Assembly: GCF_009914755.1 (NCBI RefSeq)
Contig: NC_060941.1
DNA: 64,000 nt
Origin: the human T2T-CHM13v2.0 reference genome, Homo sapiens
Strand: one strand, 5' to 3'
Shown here: piece by piece, positions 22,672-40,945 of the stretch
How positions within the stretch are numbered: position 1 is the stretch's first letter
How the letters are laid out: every line of letters begins with the position of its first letter
Notes under the pieces: generated by a model
The model's database searches: none
What the model was told of the DNA's origin: nothing
Seen by the model: the letters and a program-made list of their open reading frames with translations, nothing else
Program-made: the position numbers and the translations under genes

Positions 22672-24417
22672 TTAAATTTAAGTTTTGTACTACAGAAAAT
22701 TTAGGAACAACCTAAAAGTAATCAGTATGGAATTGGCTAAATAAGCTATAATATAACCATGCAAGAAAATCCTATACAGTTATTACAAAGAATAAGATTA
22801 GGCTGATCTACATATACTTGTATGAAGAGCGTTCCTCAATATATTACGTTTGAAAAAGAAGTTGAGTAGAAGTATATATGTACATTCTGATTGCATTCTT
22901 GTAAAAACAAAACAAAAAGACCCTGTATAAACAGATGCAGAGGAAAAGTCTGGAAGGTAAGTAGGGACTCCATATGCACGCAGGTGGGTAGATGCGTCGG
23001 GTGGAGACTTCCTTCACCTCACATTTCTGTATTATCTAAACACATTTAATTACATAATTCCACTTTTTTTTTAACTAAATATGTAAACTCTCTTCATACA
23101 AGTGTATGTGGATCAGCCCAGTCTTATTCTTTTTAATGACTGCACTGTACTCGCTTGGGGGGATGTATTACAGCTTTTGTAACTTTATGCAAAATGCTTA
23201 CAGTATAATGTCAAATGGGGGAGAAGACGACGAATGATTGTATGTAACTACAACTACAACCACAAAAATTCCTACGTATGAATAAAGACAAGGGCTTAGA
23301 AAGATGAGATTACGGACTAATTTCATCTTTTAGGGTGAAAGAACTGACTTTTTGTATGTATGTGACATTACCATTATAAATGTAGTTAGGAAAAATATAT
23401 TTCTCTAATTTTCCCATTAAGGGGTCTATAATGTCTGTATAGTAAAAAATAATTCCTTTTTTGAAAACCAGAAAACGGGTCTTTGGTTCTAGAATATCTG
23501 CTCTCCGTAACACAGTGACAGCAATCACCAAAAGATAGTGCTGCAGCTGTAGGGCTCATCATAAAGCTTCAAGAGACATTTTGGGCAAGAGAACAATGTA
23601 ATTAATGTTTTCCAAGGGCCTTCAAAGAAAGTTGTTGCTTACATAAACAATTCTTGTTATTCAAATATATATATATATTCAACTTACAAAATGATGAACT
23701 AGAGCACACAATTTATTCACAAGGAACTATATCCTAAAAAAGTACAAGACATTAAGCTGAGGCTAGTTTCATGGAAGGAAATAAAGTGAACACCAATGAA
23801 GAGCTGATTGTTAGACTTTGTTGTTTATTTTCTTTTCTGAAAAGATCCAGACACTAGTCTGAGTGTCAAAAATACTTTTGTTGGGCAAAGTCAAGTCACT
23901 CGACTTCACTAGTTAAGAATCTAGGTCACGTTAGCACTCTGGGACATTCAAAAAACCTGAACACAGACAGGCAAGATCTTTTCTCATTCTCATTTCAGAG
24001 ATCACAGGGAGGCCCAGGAACTAAAATTAGCTCTCACGTGAAAATCAGCAGTTTATTCATTTTCAGTCTTTGTTGTTTGTTTAACACATTCAGCTTCCCA
24101 AAATAGCCTATTGTCAACAGGCTCATGGCCGATTTCCCCAGAATGACTCCTGCTCTACCACTGATGAATACAGTATTACCATTACAGATGGATTTTGAAC
24201 AGACACATTTCTGTAATCCATTGTTAAAATAACAATCATTCTAATCCTGTAGAAGCTGAACCTGATGCAACAAAAACAAAAGCCAAAAGCCTCCCAGTGT
24301 TACTCCAAGGTTGGTTTCTAGTCTTTAGATGGTCACTGAGGTGCTAAAAATGGTACAGTCTAGCCAGCATGATAAAGCCCTTCCATGCTAGGTCTTTGGT
24401 TTAAAAACAAATCAGTT

Positions 24418-25069
<652 letters not shown>

Positions 25070-26325
25070 TTAAGTGTCACATTCTATTCAAGCTGAACTG
25101 ACAGTGCTGAACTAAATTGTAGGCTGTCCCTATGGAACTGATTATTGTGAAAAAACACAAACTAAAATCTAATTGCAATGGTCAGATATGATTATAACAA
25201 AGCAGTGACATGCAGGGGAGAAAAATAAGATATCAGAGTAGCAATCCTTGCCACCTTACTTATACCAGGCTTAACAACAATATGAGCACCTACCATGAAC
25301 TCAGTGTCCATAGAATGCTAGTCATTCTACACAACTGCTAACCTTCATGAGGATGTCCTCTCATCCCTCCTTTTCAGGTGAGAAGATTCAGTCTCAGTAA
25401 AGCTAAGAAAATTACATAAAATCTCACAGCTAAGGCCGGCCACAGTGGCTCACACCTGTAATCCCAGCACTTTGGGAGGCTGAGGCAGGTGGATCAAGAG
25501 GTCAGGAGTTTGAGACCAGCCTGGCCAACATGGTGAAACCCCGTCTCTACTAAAAATAAAAAATAAAAAAATTAGCCAGGTGTGGTGGTGGGCACCTATA
25601 ATCCCAGCAACTCAGGACGCTGAGGCAGGAGAATTGCTTGAACCCCAGGAGGCAGAGGTTGCAGTGAGCCAAGAACACGCCACTGCACTCCAGCCTGGGC
25701 AACAGAGCAAGACTCCGTCTCAAAAAAAAAAAAAAAAAAAAACAACAAAAAAAACACAGCTGGAACTGGCACCCTCAAGACTGATACTTAACAAGACTAA
25801 CTTAGAAATGTCCCCTTTCCAAAACACCCCTGATTCCCTTAAGAGACCACTTAGGAGTTAAGCAAATAAGTGACACTCTGACCCACTGAAGGTCTAATGT
25901 TTTGTGTGACATTTCTTTTCCATCATTAGTTGAGTTTATATTTTGGTGATTCTTCTTTTTTTTTTTTTTTTTGAGACAATTTCAGCTCACTGCAAGCTCC
26001 GCCTCCCGGGTTCATGCCATTCTCCTGCCTCAGCCTCCTGAGTAGCTGGGATTAGAGGTGCATGCCACCACGCCCGGCTAATTTTTTTGTATTTTTAGTA
26101 GAGATGGGGTTTCACTGTGTTAGCCAGGATAGTCTTGATCTCCTGACCTCATGATCCGCCCGCCTTGGCCTCCCAAAGTGCTGGAATTACAGGCAGCCAC
26201 CACACCCAGCCCAGTAATTCTTCTTTAATACAACTGACAGAATTAAATACAAAGCCATTGTAGGCTGGGCGCTGTGGCTCACACCTGTAATCCCAGCACT
26301 TTGGGAGGCCAAAGCGGGCGGATCA

Positions 26326-26613
<288 letters not shown>

Positions 26614-26894
26614 CTACCTAAGCAGGAAGGGGGAAGATTTCTGGGAGCTGCCAGGTCATTTACACCAAGGTAGACTCTCCTATGTCTACCACAGGTTCCT
26701 GCGAACCATGCGAGGTTGCAACTATAAATAGGCTCACATTGCTCTCATCTCTAAAAGAAAAACAAGGAAGTTCTCCTCAAGACTGCCGTATCCTCTTCCC
26801 ATCGCCTCACAGACACATTTCTTCTTCCCTGTAACAAGTCTTTTTAAAAAACTTTTTAAAGATTACTTTTAATTTCTTTTCTTTTTGTTTTTGA

Positions 26895-27191
<297 letters not shown>

Positions 27192-27199
27192 TAGGGGGT

Positions 27200-28632
<1,433 letters not shown>

Positions 28633-28829
28633 TAGAATTAAAAGTGAAGACCGGCCGGGCGCGGTGGCTCACGCCTGTAATCCCAGCACTTTGGGAGGCC
28701 GAGGCAGGCGGGTCACTTGAGGTCAGCAGTTTGAGATCAGCCTGGCCAACATGGCAAAACCTTGTCTCTACTAAAAAATACAAAAATTATTTGGGCGTGG
28801 CAGTGCACACCTGTAATCCCAGCTACTCA

Positions 28830-28934
<105 letters not shown>

Positions 28935-29490
28935 TCAAAACACACATGCACACACACACACACAAAACAAAACAAAAAAAAAGAAAAAACATCCTACACA
29001 AATAGTATTTTTATCTAATTGTGTTCAAGGCATTCATGGATCCTCTCAAAGTCCCTAAGTTCACTCTTCTCTGTATATTTCTGTCTACTTAGTTAGAAAT
29101 ATTTAAAAAAAAGTTCCAAATTACGTCAAACAGTGTTTTTTAGAGATGGGTCTCACCTTGTCGCTCAGGCTGGAGTGCAGTGGTGTAATCATAAGTTCAC
29201 TGCAGCCTTGAACTCCTGGGATCAAATGATCCCCCCACCTCAGCCTCCCAAGTAGCTGGGATTACAGACGTGCACCACTATACCCTGTCAAACATGTTTT
29301 TAAAAATTTCTATACTTTTCAAAATGCTAAGTCTTCATCTTCACTGAAAGTTATTTATCCACATAATTTTCCATTTTGATGCTTTTTGCCTTCTTTTCTA
29401 CTTTATTTGATTTAGGGGGAACTCTCATTTACCTACTTATTTTTGCGCATCCCTTTACTTTCATTTCTCTGTAATTCCGTTTTAGGTATG

Positions 29491-30207
<717 letters not shown>

Positions 30208-30859
30208 TCAGCTCACTGCAACCTCTACCTCTCAAGCTCAAGCGATTCTCGTGCCTCAGCCTTCTGAGTAGCTGAGATTACAGGCATATGCCACCACGCC
30301 CGGCTCATTTTTGTACTTTTAGCAGAGAAGGGGTCTCTCCATGTTGCCCAGGATGATCTCAAACTTCTGAGCTCAAGCCATTCGCTGGCCTCTCAAAGTG
30401 CTGGGAATATAGGCATGAGCCACTATGCCCGGCCTGGCATATCATTTAATAGAGAAATTATTCTCATGCAGTCAACAAATATTAACTCAATGTTTGTGAC
30501 TTGCCAGGTACCTTTAGATATGTTGTAAAAACACATCTGTTAGGTCTGCTTCAGACTGACAGGTTTTTTTTGGAAACAAGGTCTTGCTCTGTTGCCTAGG
30601 CTGGAGTGCAGTGGCGCGATCATGGTTCACTGCAGCCTTGACCCCCTGGGCTCAAGCAGTCCTCCTGCCTCAGCCTCTGAAAGTGCTGTGACTGCAGGTA
30701 TGAGGCACTGCGCTTGGCCTTTTAAAAAATATACCTCTTAGGCCCGGCGCGGTGGCTCACGCCTGTAATCCCAGCACTTTGGGAGGCTGAGGTGGGCAGA
30801 TCACGAGGTCAGGAGATCGAGACCATCGTGGCTAACACGGTGAAACCCCATCTCTACTA

Positions 30860-31072
<213 letters not shown>

Positions 31073-31133
31073 CTACTAAAAATACAAAAATTAGTTGGGC
31101 ATGGTGGCATGTGCCTGTAGTCCCAGCTACTCA

Positions 31134-31265
<132 letters not shown>

Positions 31266-33063
31266 TTAAAAATCCTAACCATCAGCTGGGCGCGGTGGCT
31301 CACGCCTGTAATCCCAGTACTTTGGGAGGTTGAGGTGGGCAGATCACTTGAAGTCAGGAGTTCTGAGACCAGCCTGGCCAACATGTTGAAACTCCGTCTT
31401 TACTAAAAATACAAAAATTAGATGGCCGTGGTGGTGCGAGCCTGTAATCCCAGCTACTCAGGAGGCTGAGACAGGAGAATCGTTTGAACCCAGGAGGCGG
31501 AGGTTGCAGTGAACCAAGATGACATTACTGCACTCCAGCCTGGGCAACAGAGCAAGACTGTGTCTCAGAAAATAATATAAAACTTTAGTGGATGAGGATG
31601 GGGATGGGCAAGGCACAAGAATCCTCCATACCACGCCCTTAAGAAAAATTTCAAACTCCTCAGTGGGCCTTATAAAGCACCACAAAGTATAACCATCCCC
31701 AGCCCACCTCCTCCTGTCTCTTGTCCACTGCACCCCAGCCACGCTTCACTTCTTCAGTTCCCCTCTGCCCAGTATTCTTTGCACATGCTGCTGCCTCTGC
31801 CTGGAATACTCTTCTTTCTACCTGGCTCACTCCACTCATTCCTTAAAACACAACCAAGAGACCATTTCGGTTTCAAATCATTCTCTAAATCCCAAAGTCA
31901 GGGTACGGTCTCCTTTTCATGTGATCCCACTGCACATCCCCCGGATTCTCCCATACTAAAAGGTTAACGGCTTATGTATTTGTCCATTTTCCCCACTAGT
32001 GTATAAACTAGCGTGTGACTGTGGCAGTGACATCTTTCTTGTTTTTTAAGGCTTTCCTAGAACTGAGCACAATGTGGCTAATCAATAGGTTTTTGTTAAA
32101 TAGCTGATTAAGTACAATAGTAAGTATAGAGAGGAAACAAACAATGACAAAACTATATCTTTTTTTTTTTTTTTTTTTTAATTACAGGATTTCGCTATGT
32201 TGCCCAGGCTGGATTCAGACTCCTGGACTCAAGATCCTCTCACCTCAGCCTCTCATGTAGCTGGGACTACAGATGCACAGTGTTGCACCCCACTAAAATG
32301 GTATCTTTCCTAAAGCTACTAGGATCAACATCCACGTATATCACTATGAAACAATGACTTACAAACAATGAGAGAGATGTTATAAACAGAGAAATCCCAA
32401 TTCAATCTCTTTAGGGTAAGTGACTCCAAAGTAAGGTGCCAAAGGTGATTATGGTATCCAAAGAAAATACCTGAAGTCCTATTTAAATATATTTTTAATT
32501 TCTATTTTGAAATATGTTTTCAAATGTACTTAATATATTAACACAGTAAGTAGTACAAGCATTCACATATAGGCTGTGCTCAATTTATTCTATTTTTTTG
32601 AGATAGAGTCTCATTCTGTTGCCCAGGCTGAAGTGCAGTGGCATGATCTCGGTTCACTAAAACCTCCGCCTCCCCAGTTCAAGCAATTCTCCCTCCTCAG
32701 TCTCCTGAGTAGCTGTGACTATAGTGTGCATCACCACACCCAGCTAATTTTTTGTATTTTTAATAGAGACAGGGTTTTGCTTTGTTGGCCAGGCTGGTCT
32801 TGAACTCCTAACTTCAGGTGATCTGCCCACCTCGGCCTCCCAAAGTGATCTTAACCCTTATACTTGGGTGTGGGTGGAGAGTTTCACAGATCCCTTTGAG
32901 AATGTGATGACAGCTAAGGATTATCTGTCAGAAAAATGAACATAAATATTTGTTTGAACTCCTGTATGATTTTAAGGGTTATCTTGGCTTCCAGGTTAAG
33001 TCTTGCCCCAGGGCCTCCATTTCTAAAGCTATAAGAAGAGGGCTTAGAGTAAAGAAGAGGTGA

Positions 33064-33440
<377 letters not shown>

Positions 33441-33640
33441 TAATCCTGCTCCTCTTCCTTCCCATAGCTGAATCACCACGCCTCTCTCCAGGCAGGCTGG
33501 GAATTTCCAATTCCCTCTGTAACTAGCAGAGTTGAGGAATGCAGTTAGAGATAGTTCTTTCTCAGAGGTATAAAAGACACATCAGTCATTCCCATATAGT
33601 TATCATAATTTTGCCATTTCCTGAAACACTTATACTATTA

Positions 33641-33938
<298 letters not shown>

Positions 33939-34579
33939 TCAAAAAAATAAAATAAAGTAAAAATAAAAAATCAACTTTCTGGCTTGGTGTGGTGGCTGTA
34001 ATCTCAGAACCTTGGGAGGCAAAGGAGGGAGGACCACTTGAATCTAGGCGTTTGAGACCAGCCTGGGCAATATGACAAGACCTTGTCTCTACAAAAATAA
34101 AAATAAAAATAGCTAAGCATGGTAGGGCACACTTGGCTACTTTTATCTGGGGAGGCTGGGGCAGGAAGACAGCTTGAGCCCAGGAGTTCAATGCTATCAC
34201 AAGCTATGACTGTGCCACTGCACTCCAGCTTGGGCAACAGAGCAAGATCCTATCTCTAAAAACAAAATAAATAAATAAAAATAAATCAACTTCTTAAATT
34301 TAGTAACATCTTAAATAATAATATCTGTGAAATCAGTCCTGATGTCCTGGTTATTATTTTCCTGCCTCACATCAAAATAAACACACACTTATTAAAATAT
34401 CTTTAGGCCAGGCACAGTGGCTCACACCTGTAATCCCAGCACTTTGGGAGGCCAAGGTGGGCGGATCACGAGGTCAGGAGTTCCAGACCAGTCTGACCAA
34501 CATGGTGAAACCCCGTCTCTACTAAAAATACAGACGTTGGCTGAGTGTGGTGGCGGGCGCCTGTAATCCCAGCTACTCA

Positions 34580-34705
<126 letters not shown>

Positions 34706-35031
34706 TTAGATCCTCACCAGTCACTAAGTTTTAGATCACAAAGAGCACAATCGTAAATCTCTGAAGTTACTCTGGGATTTCCGTAGGGTAAGCAACAATT
34801 TGGACATCAAGAGAATTTTTTTTTAAGCCAGAAGGAAACTTAAAAGCATCTGGTCCATTCCTCTAATGTTATACATTAAAAAGCTGAGACCAAGAGAGGT
34901 TAAGTGATTTGTCCAAGGTCGCATGGGACGTTTAATCAAATGTCTAAGATTAACACTCAGGTGGGCTTTCTATTACATCATATCCATTTGAATCACACAA
35001 GAATAACAGTGATTTTTCATCCGTTACCTAC

Positions 35032-35159
35032 CTCACTCTTCCATTCAGATTTATCTGAACATGCTGCTTAAAATCTGGATATTTGGATGCCAGATATGCA
35101 AAGTCAGGAGGTTTGTCCTTGTATCTATTTCTTGCATGCATTGATTTACTCAGAGCCAT
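35032..35159 (-). CDS. METTL16: METTL16 exon 2 (128 nt, first coding exon): MALSKSMHARNRYKDKPPDFAYLASKYPDFKQHVQINLNGRV
   Basis: ATG at 35159 directly follows the acceptor ...ctttctctccttaag. Donor GAG|gtaggt at 35031-35030. The peptide is recognisable as the METTL16 N-terminus. Confidence 0.97.
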
Positions 35160-35346
35160 CTTAAGGAGAGAAAGAGAGAAAGAAAATCAGCATATTTATT
35201 AAAAACCATTAATGGGGGCCGGGTGCGGTGCCTCATGCCTCTAATCCCAGTACTTTGGGAGGCCAAGGTAAGTAGATCACCTGATTCAGGAGTTCAAGAC
35301 CATCCCATCCTGGCCAACATGATGGGATGAAAGCCCGTCTCTACTA

Positions 35347-35514
<168 letters not shown>

Positions 35515-35624
35515 TCAAAAAAAAAAAAATCAGTGGGGAAAGCTGTGGATGCCAAGTTAATAGTTACAGCCAACATGTCTTTGCCGATCAAGTGAGAAAG
35601 TAGAAATCACATTTTTAAAATGCA

Positions 35625-37228
35625 TACAACAAATAAGCACATGAAGAGATGGTGAACATCATTAGTCATCAGGGAAATACAAATCAAAACCACGTGAGAC
35701 ACCACTTCATACCCACTAGGATGGCTGCTGTCAACAAAAAAACAAAAATAAAAAATTAAAAAAACAGAAACAACGAGTGTTCTGCAAGGATGTGAAGAAA
35801 TTGGAGTTCTCATGCATTGCTGTTGGGAATGTGAAATGGCACAGCTGCTGTCGAAAAACGCTTGGCGGTTCTTTAAAAAGCTAAACATAGAATTACTATC
35901 TGATTCAGCAATTCCACTCCTAGGTATATTCCCAAAAGAACTGAAAGGAGGAACTGAAACAGATATTTGTACAGCAGTGTTCATAGTAGTATCATTCCCA
36001 AGAGTGAAAAGGTGGGAAACAATCTGAGTGTCCATCAGCAGATGAATGTGGACCAACAAAATACAGTATATCCATACACTAAATATGGATCAACAAAATA
36101 CAGTATATCCATACCCTAAATATGGATCAACAAAATACAGTATATCCATACACTAAATATGAAAATACGGTATATCCATATAATAAATATGGGTCAACAA
36201 AATACGGTATATCCATACCCTAAATATGGATCAACAAAATACGGTATATCCATACACTAAATATGGGTCAACAAAATACAGTATATCCATACAATAAATA
36301 TGGGTCAACAAAATACGGTATATCCATACACTAAATATGGGTCAACAAAATACAGTATATCCATAAAATAAATATGGGTCAATGAAATACAGTATATCCA
36401 TACACTAAATATGGATCAACAAAATACAGTAATCCATACAATAAATATAGATTAACAAAACATGGTATATCCATACAATAAATATGGATCAACAAAAGAT
36501 GGTATATCCATACAATAAATATGGATCAACAAAATATGGTATATCCATACAATAAATATGGATAAACAAAATACAGTATATCCATACAATAAATATGGAT
36601 AAACAAAACATGGTATATCCATACAGTAAATATGGATCAACAAAATACGGTATATCCACACACTAAATATGGATCAACAAAATACGGTATATCCACACAC
36701 TAAATATGGATCAACAAAATACGGTATATCCATACAATAAATATGGATCAACAAAATACGATATACCCATACAATACATATGATCAACAAAATATGGTAT
36801 ATCCATACAATAAATATGGATCAAGAAAATATGGTATATACATACAATAAATATTATGCAGCCCTAAGAAGGAATGAAATTCTGATACATGCTACAACAT
36901 GGAAGAACCCTGAAAACACCATGCTAAGGGAAATAAACCACACACAAAAGGACAAATATTGTATGCTTTCACTTATATGAGGCACCCAGTAGAGGTAAAT
37001 TTATTACACAGATGGAGAGTGGAATAGAGGTGATGAGGAGCTGGGGAGGGAAGAATGAGGAGTTACTGTTTAATAGGTACAGAGTTTCACTTTGGAATGA
37101 TGACAAAGTTCTGGAGATAGAGGTGATGGTTGCACAAGAGAATGAACACATTTAATGTCACTGAATGGTACACTTAAAAATGGCTAAAATGGTAAATTTT
37201 ATGTTATGTATATTTTTCCATGATTTTA
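35625..37228 (+). mobile_element. L1MB-type LINE-1 3' end hosting the 37-bp VNTR
   Basis: AATAAGCACATGAAGAGATG...CAGCAATTCCACTCCTAGGTATA...ACTTAAAAATGG.TAAAATGGTAAATTTTATGTTATG. Confidence 0.85.
36054..36854 (+). repeat. 37-bp minisatellite, about 21-22 copies, inside an L1M 3' end
   Basis: Unit CAACAAAATACAGTATATCCATACACTAAATATGGAT with variant units, directly visible. Confidence 0.95.
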
Positions 37229-37443
37229 AAAATGCAGACAACGTAAGAGTGAGTCTTTTTTTTTAAATCAAGGGAAGAAAGCTGAAAAGTATTCCTTTAA
37301 GAGCATCAAAGTGACAGAACACAGTCTGTATATATGATCTATAACCAAGGATATTAGTTAGAGGTTAGTTGTGTTTTGTTTTGTCTTGTTTTGTTTGTTC
37401 TGAGACAGTGTCTCACTCTGTCATCCAGGATGGAGTGCAGTAG

Positions 37444-37566
<123 letters not shown>

Positions 37567-38221
37567 TAATTTTATTTTTTGTAGAGACAGGGTCTCCCTT
37601 TGTTGCCCAGATTGGTTTCCGACTCCTGAGCTCAAGTGATCCTCCTGCCTCAGCCTCCCAAAGTGCTACGACTACAGACATGAACCATCACACCCAGCTT
37701 GGGGGTTAGTTTTTACAGTATCCTTACAAGGACTGAATATTTGGTAGTGTACCATAACATCACCAAACTTTGAAAAAATATCTTTGATTCCAACTTAAAG
37801 TTTCAATCTTGTCATTCCTAGGTAGCTAAAACCAAATGAAAACGAACATAATTTTGTCTTCTTCCAGATTACAACAAGAAATAAAAGCAAATGTACTTAT
37901 ATCAAGACATAAACACTGAAAGAGAAACTATTATAATGGTTTAGTAAATCTCCAGGTAGTTGGTAATTTAAAAAATATTTTACTATTATATATATATATC
38001 TCTCTCTCTGGGTGGCAAGTGACTTTTATTTTCTTAATATCTTTATTTTTTACCTTTTAAATAATGATTATTCTTCTAAACAATATTATGTTAGCCAAAA
38101 ATCTAGGAGTCAGTTGATAGTTTCTCATATCCAAGAAATCACCACTTCTGTAGGTTTTACCTGCTAAATACCTCTTAAATCCACTCTTTTTCCCTGTCCC
38201 CAACAATGTCAAGCCCAGAGG

Positions 38222-38256
<35 letters not shown>

Positions 38257-38772
38257 TACATGGTTTCGTTATGTTGGCCAGGTTGGTCTTGAACTCCTGG
38301 CCTCAAGCAATCCTGCCACCTCAGCCTCCCAAAGTGCTAGGATTATAGTTGTAAGCCACCACGCCCGGCCAGAACAGCCTTTTTATTTACTTACTTTTAT
38401 TTCCTTAGAGACTACATTGCCCAGGCCAGACTTGAACTCCTGAGCTTAAGCAATCCTCCCACCTCGGGCTCCCAAATGGCTGAGACTACAGGTGTGCACC
38501 ACCGCACCTGGTTTACAGTAGCCTCTTAATTGGTCTCCCTGCATCCACTCTTGTTCTCACCATCCCTCCTTCCACCTCGTAGTGATCATTTCCAAACACA
38601 AATCTCAGTATGTCCTTCTCCTATGTCCACCTGCTCAAAACCTTACTCTTAGGATAAAATAAAAAAACATCACTTCAGCCTACATGCAAGGCACTACATG
38701 ACCTGGCCTTGCCTATCTTTTCACCATCAGTTTAAGTCACATGCCCTTGCTCTTTGTGTCCTTCTACCCTGA

Positions 38773-38937
<165 letters not shown>

Positions 38938-39061
38938 TAACGTTTTTTCCTCCCTCTCTTCAGTCGGCAAATTCTTAGTCATTCTTGGGCTCACAGTTCA
39001 AGCACCTCTTCTTCAGGAAGATCTTTCCTTCCCTAATCTCCCCAGTTAAGACAAATCCTCT

Positions 39062-40945
39062 CCCTCTCCCTCCCCCTCCCCCTCCCTCTCCCTCTCCCCA
39101 CGGTCTCCCTCTCCCTCTCCCTCTCCCCCTCTTGCCACGGTCTCCCTCTGATGCCGAGCCGAAGCTGAACTGTGCTGCTGCCATCTCGGCTCACTGCAAC
39201 CTCCCTGCCTGATTCTCCTGCCTCAGCCTGCCGAGTGCCTGCGATTGCAGGCGCACGCCGCCACGCCTGACTGGTTTTCGTATTTTTTTGGTGGAGACGG
39301 GGTTTCGCTGTGTTGGCCGGGCCCTAACCGCGAGTGATCCGCCAGCCTCGGCCTCCCGAGGTGCCAGGATGGCAGACGGAGTTGCGTTCACTCAGTGCTC
39401 AATGGTGCCCAGGCTGGAGTGCAGTGGCGTAATCTCGGCTCGCTACAACCTCCACCTCCCAGCTGCCTGCCTTGGCCCCGCAAAGTGCCGAGATTGCAGC
39501 CTCTGCCCAGCCGCCACCGCGTCTGGGAAGTGAGGAGCGTCTCTACCTGGCCGCCCATCATCTGGGATGTGAGGAGCCTCTCTGCCTGGCTGCCCAGTCT
39601 GGAAAGTGAGGAGCGTCTCTGCCCGGCCGCCATCCCATCTAGGAAGTGAGGAGCGTCTCTGCCCGGCCGCCCATCATCTGAGATGTGGGGAGCGCCTCTG
39701 CCCTGCCGCCCCGTCTGGGATGTGAGGAGCATCTCTGCCCGGCCGCCCCGTCTGAGAAGTGAGGAGACCCTCTGCCTGGCAACCACCCCGTCGGAGAAGT
39801 GAGGAGCCCCTCCGCCCGGCAGCCACCCCGTCTGGGAAGTGAGGATCGTCTCCACCCGGCAGCCACCCCGTCCGGGAGGGAGGTGGGGGTCAGCCCCCCG
39901 CCTGGCCAGCCGCCCCGTCCAGGAGGTGAGGGGCACCTCTGCCCGGCCGCCCCTACTGCGAAGTGAGGAGCCCCTCTGCCCGGCCAGCCGCCCCGTCCGG
40001 GAAGGAGGTGAGGGGGTCAGCCCCCCGCCCGGCCAGCCGCCCCGACCGGGAGGTGAGGGGCGCCTCTGCCCGGCCGCCTCTACTGGGAAGAGAGGAGCCC
40101 CTCTGCCCGGCCAGCCACCCCATCCAGGAGGGAGGTGGGGGGGTCAGCCCCCCACCCAGCCAGCCACCCCGTCCGGGAGGGAGGTGGGGGGGTCAGCCCC
40201 CAGCCCGGCCAGCCGCCCCATCCGGGAGGTGAGGGGTGCCTCTGCCCGGCCGCCCCTACTGGGAAGTGAGGAGCCCCTCTGCCCGGACAGCCGCCCTGTC
40301 CGGGAGGGAGGTGGGGGGGTCAGCCCCCCGCCCGGCCAGCCGCCCCATCCGGGAGGTGAGGGGCGCCTCTGCCCGGCCGCCCCTACTGGGAAGTGAGGAG
40401 CCCCTCTGCCCGGCCACCACCCCGTCTGGGTGGTGTACCCAACAGCTCATTGAGAATGGGCCATGATGACAATGGCGGTTTTGTGGAATAGAAAAGGGGG
40501 AAAGGTGGGGAAAAGATTGAGAAATCGGATGGTTGCCGTGGCTGTGTAGAAAGAGGTAGACATGGGAGACTTTTCATTTTGTTCTGTACTAAGAAAAATT
40601 CTTCTGCCTTGGGATCCTGTTGATCTGTGACCTTACCCCCAACCCTGTGCTCTCTGAAATATGTGCTGTGTCCACTCAGGGTTGAATGGATGAAGGGTGG
40701 TGCAAGATGTGCTTTGTTAAACAGATGCTTGAAGGCAGCATGCTCCTTAAGAGTCATCACCACTCCCTAATCTCAAGTACCCAGGGACACAAACACTGCG
40801 GAAGGCCGCAGGGTTCTCTGCCTAGGAAAACCAGAGACCTTTGTTCACTTGTTTATCTGCTGACCTTCCCTCCACTATTGTCCTGTGACCCTGCCAAATC
40901 CCCCTCTGCGAGAAACACCCAAGAATGATCAATAAAAAAAAAAAA
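39062..40945 (+). mobile_element. Full-length SVA retrotransposon in intron 1, antisense to METTL16
   Basis: (CCCTCT)n hexamer, Alu-like domain, GC-rich VNTR (about 39.5-40.43 kb), SINE-R, AATAAA and poly(A). Perfect 14-bp TSD AAGACAAATCCTCT at 39048-39061 and 40946-40959. Confidence 0.97.

Noticed and set aside
23691-23760. ATGATGA ... CTGA spaced 70 nt apart, like a box C/D snoRNA
   Set aside because: It is antisense to the host transcript and has no terminal stem or clear C'/D' boxes.
36054-36854. 37-bp palindromic repeats resembling a CRISPR array
   Set aside because: The units are contiguous with no unique spacers, there are no cas genes, and the array derives from L1 sequence in a primate genome.
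39388-40928. Long ORFs of 182 and 185 aa
   Set aside because: They lie in the GC-rich SVA VNTR and are low-complexity and stop-poor by composition.
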